Shown here one piece after another: positions 39,795 through 48,988 of a stretch of DNA of 64,000 nt. Under the pieces are notes generated by a model that worked only from the letters and a program-made list of their open reading frames with translations, had not been told where the DNA came from and did not search any database. A program made the translations under genes and the position numbers. The first letter of the stretch is position 1. Each line of letters opens with the position of its first letter. Origin of the DNA: a virus; the IMG/VR virus record IMGVR_UViG_3300035169_000087, positions 1-64,000 of that record; one strand, given 5' to 3'.

Positions 39795-40013
39795 TCAGGA
39801 CTCGGCGCGCTTCGGGGTGCGCACGTACCGCTCGTTCGGTGGGATGCCGTGGTCGCGGGCGATGTTGCGGATCGTCGTGTACGTGTACTCGGCGCGTTTG
39901 GCCACGTCAGTTGGCCGGTCGCCGCATTGCAGGGCAGCGACGATCTCGGCTTCGAGGTCTCTGCGCGCACGGTCGAGCCGGGCGCGGGCGCGCTTGATCG
40001 GATCGTCGGTCAT
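39795..40013 (-). CDS. Small HTH regulator, leaderless
   Basis: TACCCT-N7-ATG; IVAALQ.G.RPTDVAK.AEYT..TIR.IAR.HGI. Confidence 0.65.
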   Translation of the reverse strand: MTDDPIKRARARLDRARRDLEAEIVAALQCGDRPTDVAKRAEYTYTTIRNIARDHGIPPNERYVRTPKRAES

Positions 40014-40153
40014 GCAACAGAGGGTAGCGCAAGGAAGTGTTGCAAGAAAGGCGTGCGAAGTGGTTGCGATCAACAGGCCATCCCGCTAGTTTTAGTTGCG
40101 CAAGGAAGTTACGCAATGCAACGTCGCTAAGGCGACGCGGAGGGGAACCCGAG

Positions 40154-41352
40154 ATGATCACGCTGAGCCTGCCGAAGCCCCAGGACCACCTGCCCAAGCA
40201 GCCCCACCGCACCACCGGCAAGCCCGGCACCCCCTGGCAGCGCGCAGTCGCCGCCTACCGCAACCGGTCCGTGCTCACCGCCGCTGGATACCTCGCCTCC
40301 ATCGGGGCGGACGCCGAGACGATCCGCAGGTTCGCCAGTTCCTTCGGCCGCAAGGTCGCGCAGGCCTACCGGGCCGCGACCGGCAGCGAGCCGACGCGCA
40401 ACGGACTGGCGCTCGTGCGCGGCCAGCTGATGCGGGTGTTCGCGTACGGCGACCGCGCCCTGTTGGCTTCCGTGGCCCGCGACTACCACGCCACCGCCGC
40501 ACTCGCGGAGGTCGCCTAGACCAACTTCAACGAGATCGCCGCGATGCCGATGGATCAGCGACGCGAAGCCGTTGCCGCCATCGACGTGAACGCGCTTCCG
40601 GCCGAAGATCAGCAGGCGCTCGTCGCGGCCGTCATGGCTCCCGAACCGCCGAAGCCGCAGCCCGACGCTCTCCCGCACATTCGCGCCCGCATCCCACTCA
40701 AGCGCGGCAACGGCTTCTACCGGCCCACCTACGGCCCGAGCGAGAACGGTTCGCGCACTCTGTGCGGCGCGCCCGCCGGACTCGACTTCACCTTCGCCGA
40801 GGCGCGCAACCTGGGCGAGAAGCCGGTGTGCCCGGCATGCAAGACCATCCGCGCCGCAGCCAAGAACGGAGCTTCCTGATGACCGACCCCACGACGCCCG
40901 ACCCGCTGCACTTCGACCCGACCGAGTTCTCACACATCGTCGTGGACGGACCCAACGCCGAGGAGACCTGGACCACGGCGCAGTGGAACGACTACATCGA
41001 CCGGTGCAAGGACCCGAAGACCGGCGGCGAAATCATCTTCAAGGTCGTGCGGCTGGTACCCGCCGCGGCCACCGAACAGATCACCCTGGACGCGCTCTAC
41101 GCCGCCGACGGTATCCAGCTCGACTTCGAGGCGCTGCGCCGCTACTTCCACCGCGCCGTGACCTACGCGCTTCCGCACGCAACCGGAAGCTCCGAGGGCT
41201 GGCGCACGGCGAAGGTCGAGCACCTCGCCGAGTGGATGGCGAATTTCCTGACCGCTGGCATCGGTCCGACGTTGCACGAGGAGGCCGTGGCCGGCGGCGT
41301 GAAGGTCGCCCGCCAGTTCCTCGCCGACGAGCGCGCCAAGAACGGAGCCTGA
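40154..41352 (+). CDS. Three hypothetical ORFs (40154-40519, 40544-40879, 40879-41352)
   Basis: GGAGG RBS before the first; GC3-rich frames. Confidence 0.5.
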
Positions 41353-41354
41353 CC

Positions 41355-42131
41355 GTGACCACCACTACCGTCCCGGACCTGATGCTCGCGCATGTCGAGT
41401 CGCGCACCCTGAAAGGCGACCGCTCCTACCAACAGGACGCCGCCGACTGGTCGCGGGCTGTGGACCCGGACACAGGCCTGCCGGTGATCGTGGCGGCAGT
41501 CGCGGACGGCTGCGGGTCCGGCTCGGGCTCGGGCCGGATCGCACGGGCCGCAGTGAGCCTCGCGGTACAGATCGCCGCCTGCTATGGCGCCGAACACCTC
41601 GACCGGGCGATCGACGCCGCACGCGAGATCATCGACGCCCGGTTCCCTCGCCGCGGCCGCAACGACAACTCGACGCTCGTGCTCGCCTACTACGACGCCG
41701 CGCGCCTGCGGGTGGCGTGGATCGGGGACTCGCGCGCCTACGCCCTCGCCGCCGACGGGCAGTTGCATCAGCTGACGAAGGACCACAACCTCGCGCCGCA
41801 CGCCCCTAACGTGCTCACCCGCGCACTACTCGCGGACGGCAACCACCGGCACGGGGACGCGTGGGAGGGCTGCGAGTCGCACACCCCGCAGGTCGCCGAT
41901 CCGCTGCTCGGCCGTCCGTTCGCGCCGCCGCCCGCGCGGATCCTGTTGTGCACGGACGGGGCGTGCGGGCCACTGGCGGACGAGGAGATCGCGAGCACCC
42001 TGGCGAGCACGTCGGACGCTTCGTCGGCGGCGCGGCGGCTCGCGGCACGCGCCGTGCGTACCGCCAGGGCCGCGGGCGAGAAGGCGGACAACGCGACCGC
42101 GTTCGTCATCGACCTGGGCGGGGTGGACTGA
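41355..42131 (+). CDS. PP2C/PPM-family Ser/Thr protein phosphatase
   Basis: R.YQQDA, AVADG.G, STL, WIGDSRAY, QLTKDH, LTRAL, LLCTDG, DNAT. Confidence 0.9.
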   Translation: MTTTTVPDLMLAHVESRTLKGDRSYQQDAADWSRAVDPDTGLPVIVAAVADGCGSGSGSGRIARAAVSLAVQIAACYGAEHLDRAIDAAREIIDARFPRRGRNDNSTLVLAYYDAARLRVAWIGDSRAYALAADGQLHQLTKDHNLAPHAPNVLTRALLADGNHRHGDAWEGCESHTPQVADPLLGRPFAPPPARILLCTDGACGPLADEEIASTLASTSDASSAARRLAARAVRTARAAGEKADNATAFVIDLGGVD

Positions 42132-45074
42132 TGCCCGTCTCCCCGCCGCAGTCGCGCTTGTCGCGTCGTGAGGTTCTGTCGCTGGTCGAGCGCGGCGAGG
42201 TGTACCGGTACACGGACCCGCTCTCCCACTGGTCCGCGCCGGGCCGACGCGGTTACCGCGTCATCGTGACCGCGCATGTGCGTTCGCTGATCGCGGACGG
42301 CCTGGTCGTGGAGGGCGTGGCGCGCGGCCAGGTCGTGTACGCCGCCCCGTCCGACACGGGCCGCACCCAGCTCGCCACCCTCACGGAAGGCTCCCCGTCG
42401 TGACGATCTCCGACGTTCAGCATCTCGCGCTCGTCGCCGCAGCCGCCGGCGAGGAATGGCGCGCCGGCCAGCCGTACATCGGGCGTTTCGCCCGCGGCAT
42501 GCAGGACGCACAGACCGCGCTGCGCAAGATCCTCGAAGCGCACGCCGAAGACCGCGACGGCCTCGAAACCGCGCTGCGCGCCTACCTCGCCGAGGGTCCC
42601 GCGTTGGACAGCGACGACTACGACCGGGGCGGCGAGTGCGTGCACAGCGACGTCGAGTACGTGCTCGACGGCGACCGGTACACGATCGCGGACCTGCTCG
42701 CCACTATCACCGACACCACGGAAGGCCAGTCATGATCGCGAACACCGAGCCGACGACGCGCGTCCGGTTGGACCCGCTGGCCGAGTTCGAGTTGATGCTC
42801 GGGCAGCTCGCGGCCGAGGGCTTGTCGATCCCGGCTGCTGAGGCGCTGCGCCTGTTCCGGCTCGCGATGGCCGCACGCACCTGACCCCCGTGCCGGTCCC
42901 GACCCCACGCGGACCGGCACCCGAACACCAACCACCCGCCGCCACAACCAAGGAGGACCGCCCGTGTCCTACAGCAACCGCTTCACCGGCGAGATCACCA
43001 TCACGCCGCCGCTGACCGCCGCAGAGATCCGCCGCGCACCCGACCTCGACCAGGAATGGGACGTGCACCTGCGGGTCACCGAAACCACCGAACAGACCCC
43101 GGATGGCGAGATCACCCGCTACAGCGCGGACGCGATCGTCGGCCCCGACGAGCCATGCAACGGCTACGACGCGGAAGACCAGATCCGTGGCCTCGTCGCG
43201 TTGTTCGCGGACGGGCACGAGTTCTCCGGGCACATCCAGGTGGACTGGGATCCGGGCTTTGGCGACCCGCCGGACCGGTACGTCGTGCGCGGCCGTGAGG
43301 TCGTCAAGGTCAGCCCCGTGATCGTGTGGCCGGACGAGGCGGGCGCGTAATGCCTGACGCCGTTTCCACTTTCGAGCAGGTCCAGGCGTACGAGGCTGAG
43401 CGCGCCGAGATCATGGCCCGCTACACGCCCCGCCTCAAGGCCATGGCGAGCAACGACCCGCTGTACCCGCACGTGTGGAACGAGCGCGCCGCAGCCCTCG
43501 CCGCGTGCGCCCGCAAACATCGGATGCCCAGCGACGGGAGAGCGTGATGCCCGAGCCCCGCACCCCCGAAGACCTGGAACTGCTGTCCGCGCACTCCGGT
43601 TTCACCGCGGTCCAGGACGGCATCGAATGGCTCGAGGGCACCGGTTGCATTCCCGAGTCGGCGTCCGCGATCCGGTTGCTGGACATGCAGAACGACGCGC
43701 GCGGCCGGGAGATCGACCGCGCCAACGCGGTGATCGCCACCGTGCGCGACGAGCTCGCGGACCGGATCCGGTACGCCGAGGAAATGGTGCGGCTCAGCGA
43801 GTCCGTCCCCAACGCGCGGGCCGAGTCGTGGTGGGACGAGCGCCGCCGTACGTTCGCTGACGCGCTCGCGCTGGTCGAGAAGCAGCTCGCCGTGTTCTAC
43901 GGGGAAGCGTCCCGCTACTGGGCTGTGTGGTCCGAGGACGAGCGGCTGCTGGAACTGCTGGAGTACGACGACCGGCCGCGTACTGAGGCTGAGGCGCGAG
44001 CCGACCTGCGTGAGCCCGTCGTGCCGCTCACCGGCCGGCTGGAACTGATCGACCGGGCGCGGCTGACGCAGCTGCGCGAGACCTTCGAGAGCAACAACAA
44101 GGAGCAGTGATGGGCCAGTCCACGAACGCGATGCTGATGTACGGCTACGACCTGGACACCGCCGACGGCTGGAAGTTCGTCGAAGCCGGGGAGTGGGGGC
44201 AACTCGCCGCGCCCTGGTACGACGAGGACAGCGACCTCGAGTCCGTCGAGCAGGCCGTCAAAGTCCTCTATGACGCCATTCCCGGTGCGCCCGAAGCCGA
44301 CGACGACTGGGATCGGCAGGAGGCTGTCAAGGAGCACTACGGCGTGTGGTTCGAAGGCCACTGTTCCGACGCCTACACCATGTACGCGCTGGTCGCGTTC
44401 GAGAACACGGCGCGGCGCGGCTACCCCGAACTGATCGACTGGCGGGAGTTGGAGCAGCGGCGGGAGCGGGAGGGCTGGGACGCGAAGCTCGCCCGAGCGT
44501 TCGAAGTCCTGGGGATCACACCGAAGCAGGAGCGGCCTGGCTGGCTGCTCGCGTCGTATGCGGACTCGATGTGATGGCCGGGCCGGTGCGCGGCAGCAAC
44601 CAGGACGGCGGCGCGATCCCCACGGGCGGCCGTATGGACCTTGTTCGCTTGCTGGACGGCGACGACGAGAAGCTTGTGGGCGACCTCCTCGACTGGCAGT
44701 ACGCCGCGGTCGCCCGGTTCCTCGCGGAGGCTGGTGCCGTACACCCGAAGGTGCACACGCCGACGCGCATCATCAACTACCTCGAACGGCACGGTTGGCG
44801 GCGCATCGAGTCGCCGAAGCCGCCGCCGGGGGTGCTGGCGTCCTGGCCGTGGTGGTCGCCGCCGGATCCGGGCGACATGCGCTGGGCGCATCCGTCCGGC
44901 ATCGAACTGGACGCGCCCCTGTGTGACGACGTGCCGCGTTACGCGGAGGCCGTGCTGGACGCCGTGGACCGCATCGTCTGGGCCGCGACCGGGCGGCCGC
45001 TCGCGCCACCGCCTGCGGCCGTCACGGAAGTCCTGTTGGAGATCGCGCAGCAGCCGGACGAGGTGGCATGGTGA
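42131..45074 (+). CDS. Run of small hypothetical ORFs (42131-42403, 42400-42735, 42732-42884, 42964-43350, 43350-43547, 43547-44110, 44110-44574, 44574-45074)
   Basis: Nearly all linked by TGATG/TAATG/GTGA/ATGA overlaps. Confidence 0.55.
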
Positions 45075-45237
45075 CTGATCTGGCCAACTACCGCGCCCTG
45101 GCTGCTACTGCGCGCGACGACACCAGCGACGGGCTGACCGCTCGCGAACCGCTGCCGGGTCGCCGAACTGTGGCGCCTGGTCTGGAGTTCGGCGGTCACT
45201 TGCTGGCCGTGAACCGGACGGACGCGCGGGAGGACGA

Positions 45238-46053
45238 GTGGTGAGCGGCTGGCGGTCCCTGTTCGCGGCGATGAGCCCTCGGATGCGTCGCCTGGTGCGC
45301 TGGTCGCTCGCACTGATGGCCGGGCAGCTGCTCGCGGTCGTGGCGCGGGTGGTGGAGTTTGTTCTCTCCGCTCCCGTCTCGGTGTGGGTGCCAACGTCGG
45401 TGCTGATGTTCGGTCTCGGCGGCCCGTGTATCGGGTTGTCGCTGCGGATGCGGGCGGTGCGGCTGGCCGAGGACGCCGAGGCGCAGGCTGAACGTGTGCG
45501 TCGCGCGGAGTTCCTGCGGTTGCGCGCACCCGACCCGCTGCCCGGTCAGTGCCCGGTGTGCGCGTACGACGACCTTGGCGTGCTGGGCGAGCGGGACCGT
45601 GATCTGGGGGTGGAAGGCACGGAGTTGGCCCGCGTGGTGGCGTACGGCCCACACCGGGCGCACAGCGAGTGCGCTGCCGTCGTGCCGTACGTGCCGCCGC
45701 CGCGCTCCACGTCGGGCGGTATGACGCTGGGGCATGCCGTGCTCGCGCTGGACGGTAGGCCGCATCTGTGTCGGTGCCCGCAGTGCGAACGCGCCCGGCC
45801 GAGGTCAACGAGGGGCGGCTACGCGGCGGGCGACGTGCCCGTGAGCCAGATGGGGCCGCTACCCGAGGTGCTGACGCGGCCCGCGCTCAAGCCGCCGCTC
45901 GTCAACGGCACACTGCGAGACTCCATCAAGGTCACGGGCACGTATTGGGCCCGGTGCGGTCGCTGCCCGTGGATCGGTTCGGCCGGGACGCAGGATGCCA
46001 CCGAGGGCCTGCTGCGAGTGCACGCCCAGACGTGCCGCAAGCGCAAGCGCTGA
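45238..46053 (+). CDS. Membrane-anchored Cys/His-rich hypothetical protein
   Basis: Two TM segments, several CxxC motifs. Confidence 0.5.
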   Translation: MVSGWRSLFAAMSPRMRRLVRWSLALMAGQLLAVVARVVEFVLSAPVSVWVPTSVLMFGLGGPCIGLSLRMRAVRLAEDAEAQAERVRRAEFLRLRAPDPLPGQCPVCAYDDLGVLGERDRDLGVEGTELARVVAYGPHRAHSECAAVVPYVPPPRSTSGGMTLGHAVLALDGRPHLCRCPQCERARPRSTRGGYAAGDVPVSQMGPLPEVLTRPALKPPLVNGTLRDSIKVTGTYWARCGRCPWIGSAGTQDATEGLLRVHAQTCRKRKR

Positions 46054-46058
46054 CGCGT

Positions 46059-46093
46059 CCGCCCCGGCGCGGGGGGGGGTGCGACCGGGGCGG
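46059..46093. terminator. GC-rich stem-loop near the end of the rightward arm
   Basis: CCGCCCCGG...CCGGGGCGG inverted repeat. Confidence 0.45.
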
Positions 46094-46699
46094 GTTCCCG
46101 CTGTCGAGTGCGGGCGGGCACACCAGGTCGGGGGGCCGGGCCGGGCGCGCAGGTCGAGCGTAACCCGCAGATGCGGCAGACGTACTGCGTTTGTCGCAGG
46201 AGTGCGCTTCACTATGGGCGTGACGGATGCCGCGCCGTGGGATCTACTCGACCGCCTGGACGCGGCCGCCCTGAATGCGGGGAACATTCACGACGACCTG
46301 TGCGCCCAGTTCACTGAGGGCGAAGTGTTGCCGTGCTCGTGCGGGATCCCGGCGCTGTTGACGGACGCGGCGGAGTTCGTGCGTTCCCTCGCGGTTGAGG
46401 ACGCAGTCACGCAGGCGCAGCGGGCGGCCTGAGCAGGGTTGACGGCCCGCAGACCATGCACGCGATCCCGTCCGGCCCCGCCACCCACCACGACTGGTCG
46501 TGGCCGCATGCCGGCACGTCCGCTCCGCCGAAGTGTTTCTCGTCGAGATGCGCACGCGCACGCTGGGCGAGTTGCGCCAGCGTCTCACCGCCGACGAAAC
46601 CGGAGAACCAGCCCGGTCCGCCCTTCGTCGTGTCGCACACGGGGCAGCACAGGACCGCGCCGCCCTCGATCTCGCCGACTGCGAACTGAATCGGGGCGA

Positions 46700-48299
46700 T
46701 CAAGGCAGTAGTCCTTCGCGTTGCATGGCCTGCTCAAGTTGCCGGCGGATCCCCGGGTCCAGGTCGGGCGGCAGCTCCCCGTACAACAGGACATGCCCGG
46801 CGACGCGGCTGATCTCGTCGGCGACGAGCCGTTGTACCGGGTTGAGTTTCGCCCGTTCCCGTTCGACCGCCGTACTCACGGCCGCGAACACACCCGGCTC
46901 AGTCATGCGCTTTCCCGGTGAGTAGTTCCCGTGCCCTGGCGATCAGCGCGCCGCCAGCGTCGTTGGGGTGTGCGGCGAGCCACCGGTCGAGTAGCGCGAC
47001 CGCTCCCGGCCTGGTGCTGCGTACGTCGCTGGTTTCGCCGCTGTGCGTCTCGATGGAGGTGTCGCGTACGAGCGTGAGCCGGTCGTCCGGGGCCATGGGT
47101 AGGCGCAGCGTGACCTCGACCGTGGGTTTCGGCAGCGCCTCGATCCGGGTGGGCAGCGACATGCCGGGCGTGTGATCAACGGGTAGTCCGCGCTGAATCG
47201 AGCAGCCGACCAGTTCCCCGAACAGGTCCGATTCCTGCCCGTCCACGGTCAGCAGGCCACGGCCGCCGACCAGAGACACCACGAAGTCAGGCACCGGTTG
47301 CCTCCCGGATCGCGGTGTACGTGCCACACGGCCACGCGACGGGCACCGTGTCATCCAGGTCGCTCTCGCAGCACTCCGAGCACACGACCCGCGTATCGCC
47401 CTCTACCGGCAGGTGAACGCCCAGCGCGGCCAGCGCGGCGGTATTGCCCTCCAGGGAGGCGCAGGTCGCGTTGTAGTCGGCGGCGGCTTCCTCGTAGGCT
47501 GCGGCGATCTCGCGGCGTCGTTGCGCCCGCTGCTGGCGCTGGTTGAGTTCGTGCGCGGACCGCTCGGCCGGGCTGAGGCCGACGCTCAGCGGGCCCGCGT
47601 ACTTCGCTTGGCGGGCGATCTCTGCGGCGAGGTTGCGTAGCGGCGCGGCCAGGTCGTACGCCTGGATGCCGGTCGGTACCGGCGTGGGCTCGGTCACGGC
47701 GCGTCCAGGACGTATCCGACGCGGATCACAGCCCAGCACTCGCGCTCGGACCACGCGGTGAGCAGTGCGTGCATGTCGGCCGAGCCGCGCCGGGTGGTGC
47801 GGTTTTCGCCGCCGACGTAGGCGCCGTGCTCGCCGAACCAGCGCACCGACACCGGGACGGTATCGGCAGCGCCGTGTTCAGCGACCGCTGCGGCCGTGGA
47901 CTCGTCCCATACGGCCTGGCATACGGTGCAGCGCCGGGCCAGCCACTCGGGCGGGTACGCGATCGGGCCGATGCCACCGTAGGGGCTGGCCGTGCGGCGC
48001 GTGTACTTGGTTTCCACGGCCTTCGACCCGCATTTGCGGCACGTCGCGTGCTCCCCGGAGTAGGGCGGTAGCGTGACGGGTTTCGGGATGCCGGGGGTCG
48101 CGCAGCAGTCGTTGATCTGTTCGTCGATGCCGTACGCCGGCATGTCGGCGGGCGCGTAGCCGGGTCTCTTGCAGCACACGGTTTTGCCGCGGTACGCGTA
48201 GCCGTCTGGTGCGGGTCCGTAGCGGTGGGTCCAGGTGCCGTCGCCGGTGCGTTCGAAGATGACCGGCTCAAGTGCGGCGTCAGGCGTTTCGTTCGGCAC
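46700..48299 (-). CDS. Four leftward hypothetical ORFs (46700-46906, 46899-47294, 47287-47697, 47694-48299)
   Basis: Overlapping stop/start coupling; CxxC and WPC.T motifs. Confidence 0.5.
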
Positions 48300-48384
48300 G
48301 CGCCTAGTGTGCCTCGCCGGGCGGTGTTTCGTTGCGCGGAATCCGGATCGACGCAACGGATCGTAGGTGGCGATCGTCAAACGA

Positions 48385-48414
48385 TTCGCCCGCGACACCC
48401 GGCAGCGCTACGGT
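48385..48414 (+). promoter_or_regulatory. Putative housekeeping-sigma promoter of the Y RNA-Ro60 unit
   Basis: TTCGCC-N18-TACGGT; the -10 ends 7 nt before the first RNA stem. Confidence 0.45.
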
Positions 48415-48421
48415 AGGGCTC

Positions 48422-48493
48422 GCCCCGGTGCGCACGGTACGGGTTACTTCTTTCATGCAGAAACAACACCCGCACCGGACCTGATCTCGGGGC
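48422..48493 (+). ncRNA. Y-RNA-like RNA 1 (short, no T or D arm)
   Basis: Terminal stem GCCCCG/CGGGGC, shared GGTGCG...GATCTC element, TACTTC motif, apical hairpin. Confidence 0.7.
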
Positions 48494-48520
48494 ACACAAC
48501 TGAACAATGACTGCGAACGC

Positions 48521-48655
48521 CCGTCAGGTGCGCAGGAGAGGGCTACTTCACTCTGTAAAAGTGGCAGTCCGGGTTCGAGTCCCGGCAGGCCCGTAACAGG
48601 GCCCGTAGTGTAACGGCAGCACGCTCGTCGCCTTCCCCGACTCGATCTCTGGCGG
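48521..48655 (+). ncRNA. Y-RNA-like RNA 2 with permuted tRNA domain retaining a GUA anticodon arm
   Basis: Stem CCGTCAG/CTGGCGG; TCACT-CTGTAAA-AGTGG; T arm CCGGG-TTCGAGT-CCCGG; looped acceptor stem; D arm TAGTGTAACGGCAGCAC. Confidence 0.8.
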
Positions 48656-48673
48656 CACTCGCAGTGGACAGCA

Positions 48674-48796
48674 CCTCCCGGTGCGTAGGCGACGCGTACT
48701 TCTCGCTAGGGATATCGGTTCGAATCCGAGAGCCGCTTCGGCGGCGACGGCGTGACGGTAACCGCCATTTCGCGTAGCCGCCCTGATCTCGGGAGG
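48674..48796 (+). ncRNA. Y-RNA-like RNA 3 (YrlA-like, degenerate tRNA domain)
   Basis: Stem CCTCCCG/CGGGAGG; T arm TCGG-TTCGAAT-CCGA; GCCGC-TTCG-GCGGC; GGCG-TGACGGTAAC-CGCC. Confidence 0.75.
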
Positions 48797-48808
48797 AGCA
48801 AGCATCGG

Positions 48809-48951
48809 GGTCGCGCCCGGTGCGACGGAGACGGGTCCTTCTTAGGGTTGCTGGTTCGAATCCAGTCGAGTCGCTTAGGCGGCTCGTAGCGCAATCTGGT
48901 AGCGCATAAGAGCAGTTCAATCCCGCCACCATTCCGATCTCGGGCGCGACC
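48809..48951 (+). ncRNA. Y-RNA-like RNA 4 (YrlA topology)
   Basis: 11-bp stem GGTCGCGCCCG/CGGGCGCGACC; T arm GCTGG-TTCGAAT-CCAGT; acceptor CGAGTCG/CGGCTCG closed by a loop; D arm TAGCGCAATCTGGTAGCGCA; TCTTA/TAAGA anticodon-stem equivalent. Confidence 0.85.
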
Positions 48952-48988
48952 ACCTTTCCCGCTCCTCCCCTTCCCGTGGGAGTCGAGC

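Noticed and set aside
46071-46079. G9 homopolymer as a phase-variation tract
   Set aside because: Intergenic, lies in a hairpin loop, and not clearly within a promoter or ORF
48521-48951. Conventional tRNA genes (three GGTTCGA.TCC T-loops)
   Set aside because: Arms are in permuted order (T arm before D arm), acceptor stems are closed by loops and there is no CCA end; better explained as Y-RNA-like mimics
48422-48951. CRISPR array
   Set aside because: Units share structure and short motifs, not identical repeats with uniform spacers; no cas genes in the window
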